Shown: piece by piece, positions 51,601 to 64,000 of the stretch | How positions within the stretch are numbered: the stretch's first letter is position 1 | How the letters are laid out: the number at the start of each line of letters is the position of its first letter | Assembly: GCA_051362555.1 (NCBI GenBank) | Contig: CM120640.1 | Coordinates: 22,864,225-22,928,224, forward strand | Direction: 5' to 3' | Length of the DNA stretch: 64,000 nucleotides | Origin: Lingula anatina | Taxonomy: Eukaryota; Animalia; Brachiopoda | Made by a program: the position numbers and the translations under genes | Notes under the pieces: generated by a model | Databases searched by the model: none | What the model was told of the DNA's origin: nothing | The model's input: only the letters and a program-made list of their open reading frames with translations

Positions 51601-54600
51601 AGATTTTTTTACTTATAAATGACATACTCAATTTTTGTGCCATTAAAAGATAAAGAAAATAATGGTGATGATGGCCCTTCAAGTCAGTATAATCTTAGAT
51701 AGATCTGTTATATGTACACTGGGTCCAAGGTGTTATGTTTATGGTTAAAAAATAAAAGCTCATTTATCTCATGGTCCACAGTCTCTAGGATCATGTGCTT
51801 CATAATCGTAGAAAGGTAAAAGATGAAGCTTGACCTTTCGATTGCCTTTCCCTTTGATTGAATAAAAAGCATGTGCACTTCCTTACATGCTTATTTAATT
51901 GATTTGTGGTTACTGGTCAACGAAGGGATTTTCAGTCACCCACGTGTTTCTCCGAGCTGAACACACTTCATTATCTGGCTGTGTCATAACACAAGTACTA
52001 ACTAAGGTCTGGCACGCAGTGGCTTTGTTGTATTTTATCGGAAAATAAAGTCTGGTGCAAGATGTGGGTTGGAGATTTTTTGTGTGTGTTGGTAGAAATG
52101 TCATTTCCTATTGGATTTTCGCTGACTTTGTTTGCCTTTAGTCAAGGAAACAGTCTGCACTGTAGATTAAACAAAACTCTTGGCACTTGCCTTTCTAATG
52201 CATTATCACTCTAGGCAACTGTATAAATCCATTTGTATAATGGATGTTGTTGCAACTTTCTTGCTTCGACATGGCATATCAGTGATCTGATCACGCTAGG
52301 AGATTCTCAGTCCTTATTAATTGATTTTTTTGCCATTTATATATTACAAATTATGTTAATGTATATGTGTATGTTAAGGGACTTCATTCTCTCCCTTCTT
52401 AAAATCGTTTTAATTTATTGATACAAATTATTTTTCGCCTGTTCATGTAGTTACTGTTTCCACATGCAATAGGTACGAGGAAATCAACTTGACATATCTG
52501 TATAGATTTTAGATTAAGGACCCAGAGGTATCCAGCAGTTTTACAGTAACAAAATGCATGCACGTTCATATAGGGTCAGTTTCCCTTGACCCGTGTATTT
52601 GCTAATGTAGGGTTGGCAGGTAGATCATAAGCTGGTGATGTTAATTATACGGGAGAGCCAAACAGAGAGCTTCATTGTTAGGTAATGAGTCTTACGGTAA
52701 AATCATCTGAAGTACAACTTCCTATTAGGATTAGCCTTAGATATAACACCCAGAGGGTGAAGATATAGCACTGAAAACAAATTTCCTTTGCTCAAAAAAA
52801 GAAGAGTTGATTTATTCCAGACTGGTTGTTACTTTGTTAAGTAACTTGACCAGTCGCCAGCAGACTTAATTGATGAATAGATCTGGTACCAAAAAAATCT
52901 GACGTCAAACATTTTTACTGGTCTTGGAAAATGTGCACCTGTAACTTGATTACCAGATTGTGTGATGGTCATTATTTGTCAAGAACTAGTACGTTTTGAT
53001 TCTGAGTTTCACAGTGCTGATAAACATTGAAGTTACTAAGCCAATCACCAAGGCTTAAACAGAAATCAATATTTTTTAAATCAGAGGTGTAACAGGTTAA
53101 TAGCTAATGCACTAAAAGTGCACTAAAAGGCTTAAATGTTTCTTAAACATTTCTATGGTTTGTCTGAATAGGATTTTCATTATGAGTTTTATTTGCATAT
53201 TAGAAATCCATTGTAACATTTGAATGTATAATTTTGATTCCCTTTGTATTATCTGTTATGATATATGATACAGCTATAGTAATATTTTCTGGATGCAATC
53301 AATTCAAGTATAGTTCAATCATTTTATCCCACTCTTGTTGATGACTTTATACCAACATCTGCCTGTGGTGTTCATTGCATCCCAGTAGATATGATGCACT
53401 CACAACTGTGGTATATATGATTGGATTGTCTTGTTGCTATTGATGGCAAGCAGATGAGAGACGGACACTAATCAAGTCTGTTTAAAGACTGTGTATTGGT
53501 AAAACGCCCCCTAGTGGTGAACTATTTATCAATCTATTGAGATGTTTTAGTCATAGTCATTGACAGTGGTGTAAATAATTTAACTCTTAAGTTTAAATGA
53601 ACTGTTATAAGAATCTCGTTTTAAATTGTATATTTGATGAAATTTAATTTTGAATAAGAAACTTTTAAAAGCAGATATAACTGCATATATATATCAAATT
53701 TGGTATAGACTAGGCATGTTAATAATTTCCCAAATTTTTGGGTGAGCTAAACATTTACAAAACCTTAATAAAAATCAAATAAGAATTCAGGATTATCCCT
53801 GTATCTTAAAAAAAGGATGTGCTGAAGTCAAGAGTTTCTAATTGAGCTATATGTTGAGATTATTTGCAAATATTTGAAATGCGGTATTTGCTGCAGTAAC
53901 ATAGTTACTAGTTGTTTTCTTTTTGTTAATGAGCAGTGTGATTGATGACAATTAGCCTTTTATTTTATGTGGTATAGAAATAATGCATGTTGATAAGGCC
54001 CACCTATTACATGAAATCAGTTGAGTTATGGCTTTAAAGCTTGCTGTGCAAACATTGCACCAGTGTTGAAGCCCTCCAAAAGATATTCATAGCTTGTTTA
54101 CCTGTAGTAAGTTGGATTTCTAATTAAATCCCCATTCTCCACCTGCCAAATCACGGATGTTATTGTAGATAGAAGAAGAGCTTGTATACAGGTAGCAAGT
54201 ACTTTTTTTTTTTGCTTTTATGAGGATCGAACCAAGCTGACCTCTGGTATCGGTGTATTATCTTGGGCTCTCCTACTCTAGTATTTTGTTCACATCCATC
54301 AAAGTCAACTATTTATGGCTGTTGTGTTATTATTCTTTTGCACCGTTTGCTTTACAATGCAATATCAGACTGTGGATGAATAAGGGAAGCAAATGAAGGC
54401 TGTAACAACACCCTAGGACTCGGCAAGGTCTGTAAGTGATACGTATATGGAAGTCAAAGAGGAAGAGAGATACTGAGATGACTTTCAGTGTGTTGCTTAA
54501 TGCTTACCTTGACCTTGGCTAGAAGATTAAGCAGTAAGGAATTTTTTTGGTAAACCACGATGGTGCCCTGGCATTGGAGATATGAGCACGATATGATTCA

Positions 54601-57600
54601 GTTCATTTGTACAGCAATACAAGTTTCTTATTGACATTGGGATTTTCAGGCTAATTGCTGAATGACCTCCAAGCAAGAAAGAACTGAGATAGAGATAGGG
54701 GAGGCTGTGCAGAGAGTGACTCAGTAATCCCAGTATTGGGGTAAATTGTTGTCTTGCACATAGGCAGGTGTCTGAAGGAGTGTTCGTATAAGGATTCTTG
54801 GCAAAAAAAACTTATCCAAAGCAATCTTGGATGGAATTCCAATTAGTACATTACTTTGGTATTATGTGTTCAGTTTCTCATTTATTCGATCCAAAAACAG
54901 GTCTTGGACCAGTGAGCTGTTGCTGTTGCTGTCTGGTTTAAACTACTTGCCTTAATAGAAGTGGATATCTGAACTGCAGCACTGTTTGCTGATCAACGGA
55001 GTGGAACTGACTTATGGTTGATGCTGTTCTTGCTGTAGGTTAACAACCCCATACTCTTATAGAGGAAGCTGGGATAAACATTTAACTTGGAAGCTGAGAA
55101 GAAACACTTGAATAGGACAGGGCTGATGCATTCGGAGAAGTCTTCATTGATAGTCTCTGCCAGGCAACTCTGCCATTTACGTATACTTATATTTCCAATA
55201 TATCGGATTGAAGTCAGTTAATTGCTATCGAAGGATCAAAGACTGGAAGAGGAAACTTGCGCCATGAGTGATGCATTACTATTGACATTAATATTAATAC
55301 AACTTTTGGAACCGTGACCAGAGTGGATGAGTAACATTATGGATCATTTACAGTTATTGGCTGACCATGCTGTATTGGGCAATTTAACTCACCCTTTACT
55401 CACTGGGATCAATTATGGCCTGTGTCAATGGCCATGCTGCTTTATGCCAGTCAGAAATGCTGGGTTTTATTTGGCTAAAAGGTGAAGGAAGTCAAAACTG
55501 GATAAGTTTATATCCTATCAGGTGCTCAGCTGGTAATGAGAAAGGCAGGGGGTTTAAAAATAAGGTCATTTACAGGATTGAACTGAGGATTCCTGGGCAC
55601 TGCAATGATATAAACTCAAGTTATTAACAAGAATTGATTTGGTGAATATTCTTGGACAGAACATAAGTATTTTCTTTACTATATGAAGGAGTCGGTTTAA
55701 CTGAATCATTTGCTAGACTTGAATGTAGGCAATGTTGTATTGCATTTATCAGCATGTAATCTCTTGGATAAGAAGTTCACTAGATGCTACTCATGGATTA
55801 GGCATCTTTTGAAAGTATATTGTTTGGAATGCATCAAAGAGAATCTGATGCAGGCAGGAAAAATAACTTTCACAACAGGAATCTGTTTCAGGATGAAGTA
55901 CCACTGAGATCGTTCAATCCCTGCCTGTGATTTAATTTATTAGTTGTCTTTGCTCTGGAAAGCCTGCCTTTAAATAAAGATGTAATGATTTGTTTTTACC
56001 AGGCAACAACAAGGCAAAGTGATGTAAAAAAGACTGGAAGTACAACTGAATTGTGGGCGCATTGATCTAAATTTAATTGACTCCATGGCAGTGTTATGCC
56101 ACACTTAGACACAATACTGAAAGCAGTAATGCATTTATGCTGGGAATTATAATTGATAGATGAAGACAAGGTGGCCTTTGCAATTTTAATGGCTGCATTG
56201 TCTGTATATTTATTGATACCATAATGACATGCCAGGGTTTGACCACTTTTTTTCTCTCCAAAATAATGAGATACTGTTTGCAATTTCTTTTCGCTTGAGG
56301 CAGGTCAACCTGAACAGTCATTTTCATTACAGAGTAAATTTCATTATAGTGACATCATTTTCTATGTGTGATTTTCATCAGATTCAGATTAAGCCATCAT
56401 TAAGATTAGAGATTACATCTGCATTATAAGACTGCTGGTTGCCCTTCTGTCTTCAACCCTGCCGAGTCGATTAGCCCTGTACAGCAGATTTTGATTGCAA
56501 AACTGAGAAATGAAAAATGACAGATGTATTACACGCAAAATTGGAATTCATCCTGCATCAAGAATGTCATTCAGGTTCTTGTAAACCTAGCACAGAGTTG
56601 AGCCAGATCAATTGAAGGAACAGAAATCATTAAAAATGCTCTTCCTTGAGGGAAAGTCTACCAAATTGGAAGAGGATTTTGTGGTTCAAAGCCAATTGGT
56701 GAGGAATCACGGTGGGAGCTGTTTGAAATACTAGGCAAATTTGGAAGATAACACCCAGTTATCAAATACATAAGTTCACAGCATTTTACTTCTGAATTGA
56801 TGAAGAGTGAACATATTGCTACATTTTCAGAAGTCTACTGACGTATGAATGGTTGACCACAAGAAATATGAACTTTGTAGAGGAGTGTATGTTACCTAGA
56901 AAAAAAACTATTGTATGAGAAAAGGAACAGGAAATGTGTGGATTCTTATATTTGGAGGATTGTTTGATCACGTTTTACTTTTCAAGGCAATTCTTTCAGA
57001 CTTTTTGTAAAAATAGGAAGACTTAAAGCTCATTGCTTTTGTTTAGTGTTGATGATGTTAAGGGCTGACGTCAGACATCTGGCTAGTTTCATTTTCCAGC
57101 TGAAGTTATGAATTATGATTTAAAGAGAATAGTGGAAAGGAGCCTTGGTACTTTCAGAATATCTGTAGTAGGCATTATTTTGGAAAATGTAACAGTAGAT
57201 ATTTCATCAATTTAACATTGCTAGGATGTTATCTATGATTGATAGATCAATAGAAAAGTGCAAGCCTTTGGGTAGTTTTGTACTGAAGAGTAAGTGTAGT
57301 GCTTTGCCTTGCATAGCACAGAAATTGATGGCTCTGCACTCGACACTCTAGGTAATGGTGGCATTTCCTTGAGAGTGAATGAAGTTTGTCCGAAAAATAG
57401 CATGAAAAACCATAAATTACTAGAAATTTGCTAGAGCTGCTTAATTGGGTTCCACTGGAGTGGAACTGGTTTGAATACAGTTCTTGGTGATTTTGAATGT
57501 TGGAGACGTTCATTATCAGGGATAATACAAAGTTACAAATGGATTTGATGTCTTCAATGTAAAAATGCATCAATGGTAAAATCAATGGAAACTTTTGTTG

Positions 57601-57949
57601 AGTGGGAAAAAAAATGATTTGAAGAGAAGTGCCTCGATGAAATTTAAAGAACTGAGCAGAAAGACCATACTATCTACGGCAGTTTGTTTAGTAGAGACAA
57701 TGTAAATTGAGCTTTAATCTCCACTGAGGAGCTTGCGCATCTTTGGATTTTATAAGTAATCGACTTGTGATGCCGCCCACTGGTGATGATCCTCCTGCAC
57801 AAGTTTTCCATAAGTTATTGGTCATAGAGTTTTAATTTGGCATATGCTGAATTTGTCAGAGCAGTGCAAGCAAGGAAAGAGATTCAAGAGCACAGAAGAC
57901 ATAGATGTAAATTTCGTGATGAAATAAGAACTTGCTTCTGTTATGAAAC

Positions 57950-58741
57950 ATGGCAGACAAAGGACAGCTTTTTGTGAGTAAGAAAACCATGAAAAAGAGA
58001 GGAACTCCTAAAGGGGATGGGAAAAAGAGTTCCTTGGTAGATACGGGGACATTTGTAAAAGATGAGAAGGCAGCTGTTAAACAAGATTCAAAGAAAGGTG
58101 TCTTCACCTCCTTTTGTGAAATCAAATCTAATTCTAAAGACGTAAAGAATTATACTTCATCACTGGATGTTAAGGTTGAAAAACAGGCAAAGTCTAAAGA
58201 GGAATCTGAAAGAAAAGAAAAAGACACTTTACAGCAGCAGGATGATAATAACATGGGAAATAAAACTGAGGTCACACAGGATATAGAACACAAAACTGAA
58301 GTGACACAGAATTATGTGAGGGACAATGAACAGTATAAACCAACAGTTGGAAGACAGGGCTGTGATTGTCCTGTAGGTCACCTTCAGGACAGAGATGCAG
58401 ACAAGGATCAACCACAATTGACCGCTCCAGAAAAAAATCAAAATGAACCACAAGGAAGACTTCTTTCCTCTAGTATCTTAGCACTAGCAAGAAAGGACAA
58501 AAAGGGAATGGCAACTGAAGTAAATGGAGACGGCAATGCTTCAAGACCCCATCTGTGTCCAGTTAATTGTAATGAAACAGTTTTTAGACCCCACAGCAGA
58601 AGTATCACAATTAGTGACCTGCCAAGCAATAGAACTCCCATTATTTATGAGGAAGATGCTCCTGTTATCGTTCGAAGACGAGGCACGACTCTACGAGTCA
58701 GGATTACACCTCCAAACTCTGCTAATTGTATGGACACAAAG
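57950..58741 (+). CDS. Probable alternative first coding exon (264 codons, charged/low-complexity) of the same plus-strand gene
   Basis: A 269-codon stop-free ORF is unlikely by chance in this AT-rich DNA. ATG context is AACATGG. Donor AAG|gtagta at 58741/58742 is in phase 0, like the 47952-48281 exon. Contains an internal KTEVTQ duplication and a C-terminal RSITISDLP..VRRRGTTLRVRITPP segment. No recognised domain. Confidence 0.55.
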
Positions 58742-59187
58742 GTAGTATACTATTTATGAAATACTAACTCCCACTTTGTTATATCTGCTTTTATTAGAAT
58801 TTTAGATCAAATGTAGATGTGCATGCTATTCTATCTGCCCTTGTCATTTTAAAGCCATGAATATTAATAGTGCTTTTTTATAGCCTATATCTACCAGATT
58901 ATGAACCAAAATCTCCAATTACTGGCACTTACCTAAATACTGAAACAGTTGTTTTCCATTAGATGTTTTATGCAGCTCAGCTAAATTGGCTTTTTTTATT
59001 AATGTTTGCAATACAGCAGCAACATGATGGTTGCTGATAAGATAGGTTTGCTAGCCAGTTCTCTAGCGCTGGATAAAAAGTTCAGTCATTCCTGTTCCAA
59101 ATTGGGTATTTTTCTTATAGCTGTGGTCATAAACTGTTTGATAGAACAACCATTGTATAATAAGAATCTGAAGAAAATGTGAGACTT

Positions 59188-59422
59188 TGGGAGCATTCAG
59201 ATAGATATAAAGTACTAGTTGGGTCAGTCCAATTCTGCAGGGGCTCTCGATAAGTGCAGTTGGTTTAACTGAATGACACGCCTCCGCAAGCAGCTACTCG
59301 ATAATTAACGTTCGTTTGAGTTCAGTTTAATTACCCCCTAGCTAGCTGCTCGAGGAGGCATGTCAGACAATAAGGCTGATTCCACTGACCCAACTAGTCG
59401 ATGTGTGTATCTGAATGGGGTC
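59188..59422. mobile_element. Fold-back (palindromic) MITE-like element, copy 3 (core in opposite orientation)
   Basis: Ends CATTCAGATA...TATCTGAATGGGGTC; arms ACTAGTTTGGGTCAGT / ACTGACCCAACTAGT and GCCTCC..AGCAGCTA / TAGCTGCT..GGAGGC; core TTAATTACCCCCT (59327-59339) is the reverse complement of AGGGGGTAATTAA. Confidence 0.65.
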
Positions 59423-62400
59423 TTTGAGACAGCTAATCGTTTTATGAGTGCGAGTATAGTGTGAGCTGCCTCACCCCTTGACTAAGCCTGGAGAGCATTT
59501 TTTCCCTTTGGCTGATAAAGCAGATGGCATTATCTAAAGTGTAAAGTCATTTTTAAGATAAGTTAATTCCAGCAGTCTTGTCAATTGGCATCATGGAGAA
59601 CTTCAGAGATTCCAGAAATTAACTTACTGAACAGTTCAGAGTTATAACAGCATTCTTGTCCTACAAAAGTACTTTGTAGGAAGCAGATAAGTTGAATTGA
59701 TATATCATTTATTGTTCAAAATGTATTGGCCTTTATGCTCAAAATGCTACAAACCTTCAGCACAAATTTTCCTTGTTATTATGCATGTATGTGTGTGTTT
59801 GTTAGTAATTCAGTGACCCTGAAGTCCAGATACTTGTAGGATCTTCAGACAGCAAAGAATTGAAAAATTTTGATTTTGCTGAATTATGTTGACATCGTGA
59901 AATGTGTTTGTCTCATCTAACACATTCAGGAAACCACTTCTATCACAAAGTTGGGTTACAACTCTCATCCCATACAGATGTTTTATTAGAGCAACATTAA
60001 AGATTATTAGAGCTCTTTTTTTTTGTCTTAAATCAATCTACAAGTATGCATAAAATGAATGAGTTTTCCAATTAAAGTAACATTTACTTTATGTATAATT
60101 GGTAGAAATAATCAAACAATTTTCTCTGTATTGTTGTGTCAGCTACTCAGAGCTAAAAACATTTTGATTGATGTCTACATTACTGTATGACATAACACAG
60201 TTGATAATTTTATTAAAGATATTTACTTGCTCTTAAGCATGTTCTAAGGACATTTTAAAGACATTTAGTCAATATGTTCTCAAAGTTATGTTTATTAATG
60301 AAAATGATAGTCTGTAATGAAAAATAACATTTTGAATAAACAACACTGTGAACATTCGAGAAGAAATTGATGACTTAAGTGGAAAACTAATCATTGTCTT
60401 CTACTGTGGTTCTATTTCTAGTAAAGTTGTGATGTCTCTCCACATACTATGTCTACAAATGACGTGATCCAAATTTTTACCATCCTCATCTCGTGGCAAT
60501 TCTAGTGACTAGTGAGAGATTATTGGATGGCTATGGTTAGAAATCACAATCATGTGTCCTGCTGAAATAATATTCATTAAGTCCAATTGTCGAAACTGCT
60601 GATAATGGGCCTGAAGTCACTCAGTTAATCCTACAATATATGTCAACAGTGTTTCCTAGTATCAGAAAAGTGCAAGCAGCAGCTGTTTGCTTGATTTTTC
60701 TGTTAAAAGACACCCCCTGGAGAATGGGTAATATACTGGTTCCAAATTCGGTTGCATTTGCATAATTTCCCCATTATCTCTTGCAGTCCATCAGTTCCTG
60801 TCATTGAAAATTTGAAGCAAATATCTCTCAGTTTTGGAATTGGATACAGTATGGATATTTTACTTGAAAACTTGTTTGGAGTTTTGGTTCAACCGTGCTC
60901 TTAATGTTAGTTTATTGTTAGAAAAACTGGAAACCTCAGACATATTTTTTAGTAATCTTATTGTCTGTCTTCAATCATCAGGTTCTACCTCTAACAATAT
61001 TAATTGTCTAACAATGATTTATATGGGAGGGGGGTTGCAAACTGAGCTGGTCTTCTAGCCTTATTTATGATGATCTAGTGGGACAACTCTGAATACCTAG
61101 TGGATTTTGCCAAATGGTGATAAAAGTTTTGTATTAAAATGATAGCTATGATAATAGCTGAAATAATTGGTTGTATATTAAGGAAAGCTATGGGTAATTC
61201 TTTTTGACCTTTTTGATGTCTTAATATGCAGGAATAAAGTGCAATTTTGCTGTATTGTCTGACTTAAGCTTATTATTGATCATGATACCAATACCACGCA
61301 ACTGGTGATATTTCTGCAGTATTTTCTGTGGTTCTTGTATGATATTTACATTGATACAAAAATGGCAAAAATTACCACTGCTGCGTGAAACAATTTGCTA
61401 TTAAGACAATCTGAATGATCTAACATTGACAGATTAATGGTGCCATTGCATTGTAATTAGGTAATATTTGTCATGATCAATAGGTGAATGATCTCCCAAA
61501 CATAGCATCCATTATAATTAGTTTTTTTTTGCTGTATGTGAGCCCTACTCGGTCTTTCTTTAAGATCAAGTCCTCAGAAAATATTGAATCAGTATAGCAG
61601 GCACTTGACTTGTCATTTGTCCAGTCAGTTAGCTGTTGATAGGATGGCATAGCTACATGTATTGTACTGTGGTCAATGTCGTCCAATTATTGCTATCCAG
61701 CAGACAAGTTCCTAGACTTCAGCTGCCTGTGTCGCTTGGGGAGGAAGCATTCAGCATGATGAATGCAGAATCAGTTGCACTGGTTAAAGAACATGTCTAT
61801 GGCAACTCGCTATTGAAACAACAACATGTGGCAGGAAATAGCAGTTTTGTAGCCGCAGAGCCAGAGTGTGTCTTTTAAGCTGAGCTAGGCTGAGCTGAAC
61901 CAACAGCTTTTATGTTATATATGTATAAATCAGGGTCATTTCAGAGGTAATTGTAACCATGTCATGGGAAACAAAGCCAGGTGGACTGGCATTTGGTGCA
62001 AGTTGAGTAGAAATTGGAAACACCAGCTAAACTGGCACAGACAGTCAGACTGTTTCTGTGTTTCATTGTTTGTCTGGAAACCTATGACTGGACTTTTCTT
62101 TGTATACTCACCAGATGATTCACCCTATGACATCATGGCTACTGTCTGTGTATATCCAGTTATTATTTAAAAGGCAATTATGATGAAAGGACCAGAAAAG
62201 ATAACAGCTGGATTGGATGGATATATCAGAGCACATGGTTCAGTGGAAAAGGGTAAAGGAAGCCATGATGAAAGTTATTGGCTTCTGGTTTACAGATCCA
62301 TGAAGCAGGACAGGTTTAACATGGCAGAATGTTACATAGGCTTCTGCCCCAAAGTTTCATCTGTTACTGAGCAGTTCTGTGAATTCAGAAGGGCTGATGT

Positions 62401-64000
62401 GCTATGAAACCCTCAGGTTAAAGAACAATGGTCTTTGCTCTATATATTTCAAACCAAGTTCAGATTAACGCAATACTCAGACTAATCACATTTGCAGAAC
62501 AAACTGCAGAGTAAGATGTAGGAATGCCTCCGAGGTTTGAAGGCGATGGACTGCTGATGGTTATACTGATTGTTTATGTGCATGTGTGTAGATATCTCTA
62601 CTGTATTGGTTATATGTTCCAAGTTTACTTAGAGATATACACTCTTGGGTGGTGAGTTTAGAACTGGCCTTTCAGATTCTAGGGTATCTCTGCCATTGCG
62701 CAGCCAAGCTTGGAAAAAAAATTGCACTTTGTGTATTCGATTATTCCAGGAGATCTAGCAGTGATTAAATTGGTCCATCAGAAAACATTCTGTCTCATAC
62801 AAAATGCGCTTGCAGACTTCAGCAGGATGTTCCAGGAAGTGGGCTAGCTGCAGAAATGTCAGCAGATTGGCAAGGAACTTTGCCTGGAACCTTGAGTTGG
62901 TTTGTAGCCAGGTTTAAAGGGATGTCAGTCATGTCAGCATAAGACATTGGCCATTGGATTGAGATCAACAAGAAATATTTATAGGTGTTGTATTTTGCTG
63001 ACACCTATGGTTTCTATGGAAACTTCTTTCGCCTCGAAAGAAATTTAATTGGTTCAATCTCATAGCATATCTCTATCTGTTTCCAATCATAATTGTTTTT
63101 TTTGCTTCATAAAAGCTGTAAATTGGTGAGAATTGGTGGTTGATGCCTGGGAGAAACATGTAGCAGTATCAGCCTAGGAGCTAAAATGGAAAAGAAAATC
63201 TCATTTTATTTGGTCTGAAGAGGAAATATGCTTGATTTAATGGTACTTCTAAGTTATGGGCAATTTTAGGCACATTTGATGCATCAATTGTTGCAGACAA
63301 CAATGAATAACAAAATGCATCAAAATTTTAATTTCAAAATGCAAGCATGTGGACTTGTTCCAATACTTCACTTGGAAGTCTGATGGCTTTGCATGTTCCA
63401 CAGGTGGCAGCGTCATTTATTTCTAAAAAAGGGAATTATTAACAGTTAGGGGCACTGTTTCCTGGTGCACCTGAGAATAATTGCAGACAATTAGCTGCCT
63501 GGTGATGATAAAAAAGGCCATCACCTCAGAATTTCCATATAATCCATCACTAAAGAATGAAAAACAAGAACATATTGATGGATATACTAATACAATTTAT
63601 ATATGGATGCCAGCAGACAGTCAGCAAGTGTTTGGAAACCCTTTGACATGGCAGACAGAAATGGGCAGTTGCCCTCTCAATTCATGAATAGACACAGCTG
63701 ATTTCTGAATACCCTGAGAAAGGAGAATGATATTTATGTGATCATTTTTGTCTACATACTGACTCACTACAATATGGAATATTCAAGGCGAAGATTGGTA
63801 AGGTTTTTTATTCTAATCATGAAATTATGATTTTTAAAAAATAGAATGATATAATTCTTAGTATATCTGTTTCATGATATATAATCAGCAACCACATGAT
63901 AAGCACCTTGGTTTTAGTACTAGTACTATCAATAATCAATGCAATGTAAAAATAGGGCCATTCACACTAGCAAAAAAAACACTTGTCCAGTAAATCCTGG

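Noticed and set aside
55327-55495. Short ORFs (e.g. MSNIMDHLQLL..) and similar ones at 61636-62407 as extra first exons of the SAM-like gene
   Set aside because: No homology, no convincing phase-0 donors, and lengths expected by chance; cannot be supported without transcript data.

Overview
AT-rich, intron-rich animal genomic DNA; gene content and repeat style suggest an invertebrate, possibly a lophotrochozoan (inference). It is not prokaryotic. Five spliced protein-coding genes were reconstructed by hand from GT-AG boundaries and reading phase. (1) PCMTD1-like, minus strand, 3' part runs off the window start. (2) An L3MBTL/l(3)mbt gene (FCS finger, 3 MBT repeats, 2 C2HC fingers, SAM), plus strand, head-to-head with PCMTD. 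(3) A MAK/ICK(CILK1)-family kinase, minus strand, tail-to-tail with L3MBTL. (4) Rab10, plus strand. (5) The 5' part of a large unidentified plus-strand gene with a SAM-like first coding exon and a probable alternative first coding exon. Repeats include a Helentron/HINE-like element with a 146-bp tandem array, a MITE with 30-bp TIRs and a 9-bp TSD, three fold-back elements sharing an AGGGGGTAATTAA core, a 3-copy dispersed repeat and microsatellites. The most striking observation is in the kinase. The 133-nt exon encoding the HRD catalytic loop, DFG motif and TDY activation loop exists as two intact tandem copies that must be spliced mutually exclusively, one reading DFG and the other DLG. They are surrounded by candidate competing RNA pairings, and the gene also has a candidate microexon that would switch its C-terminal tail.
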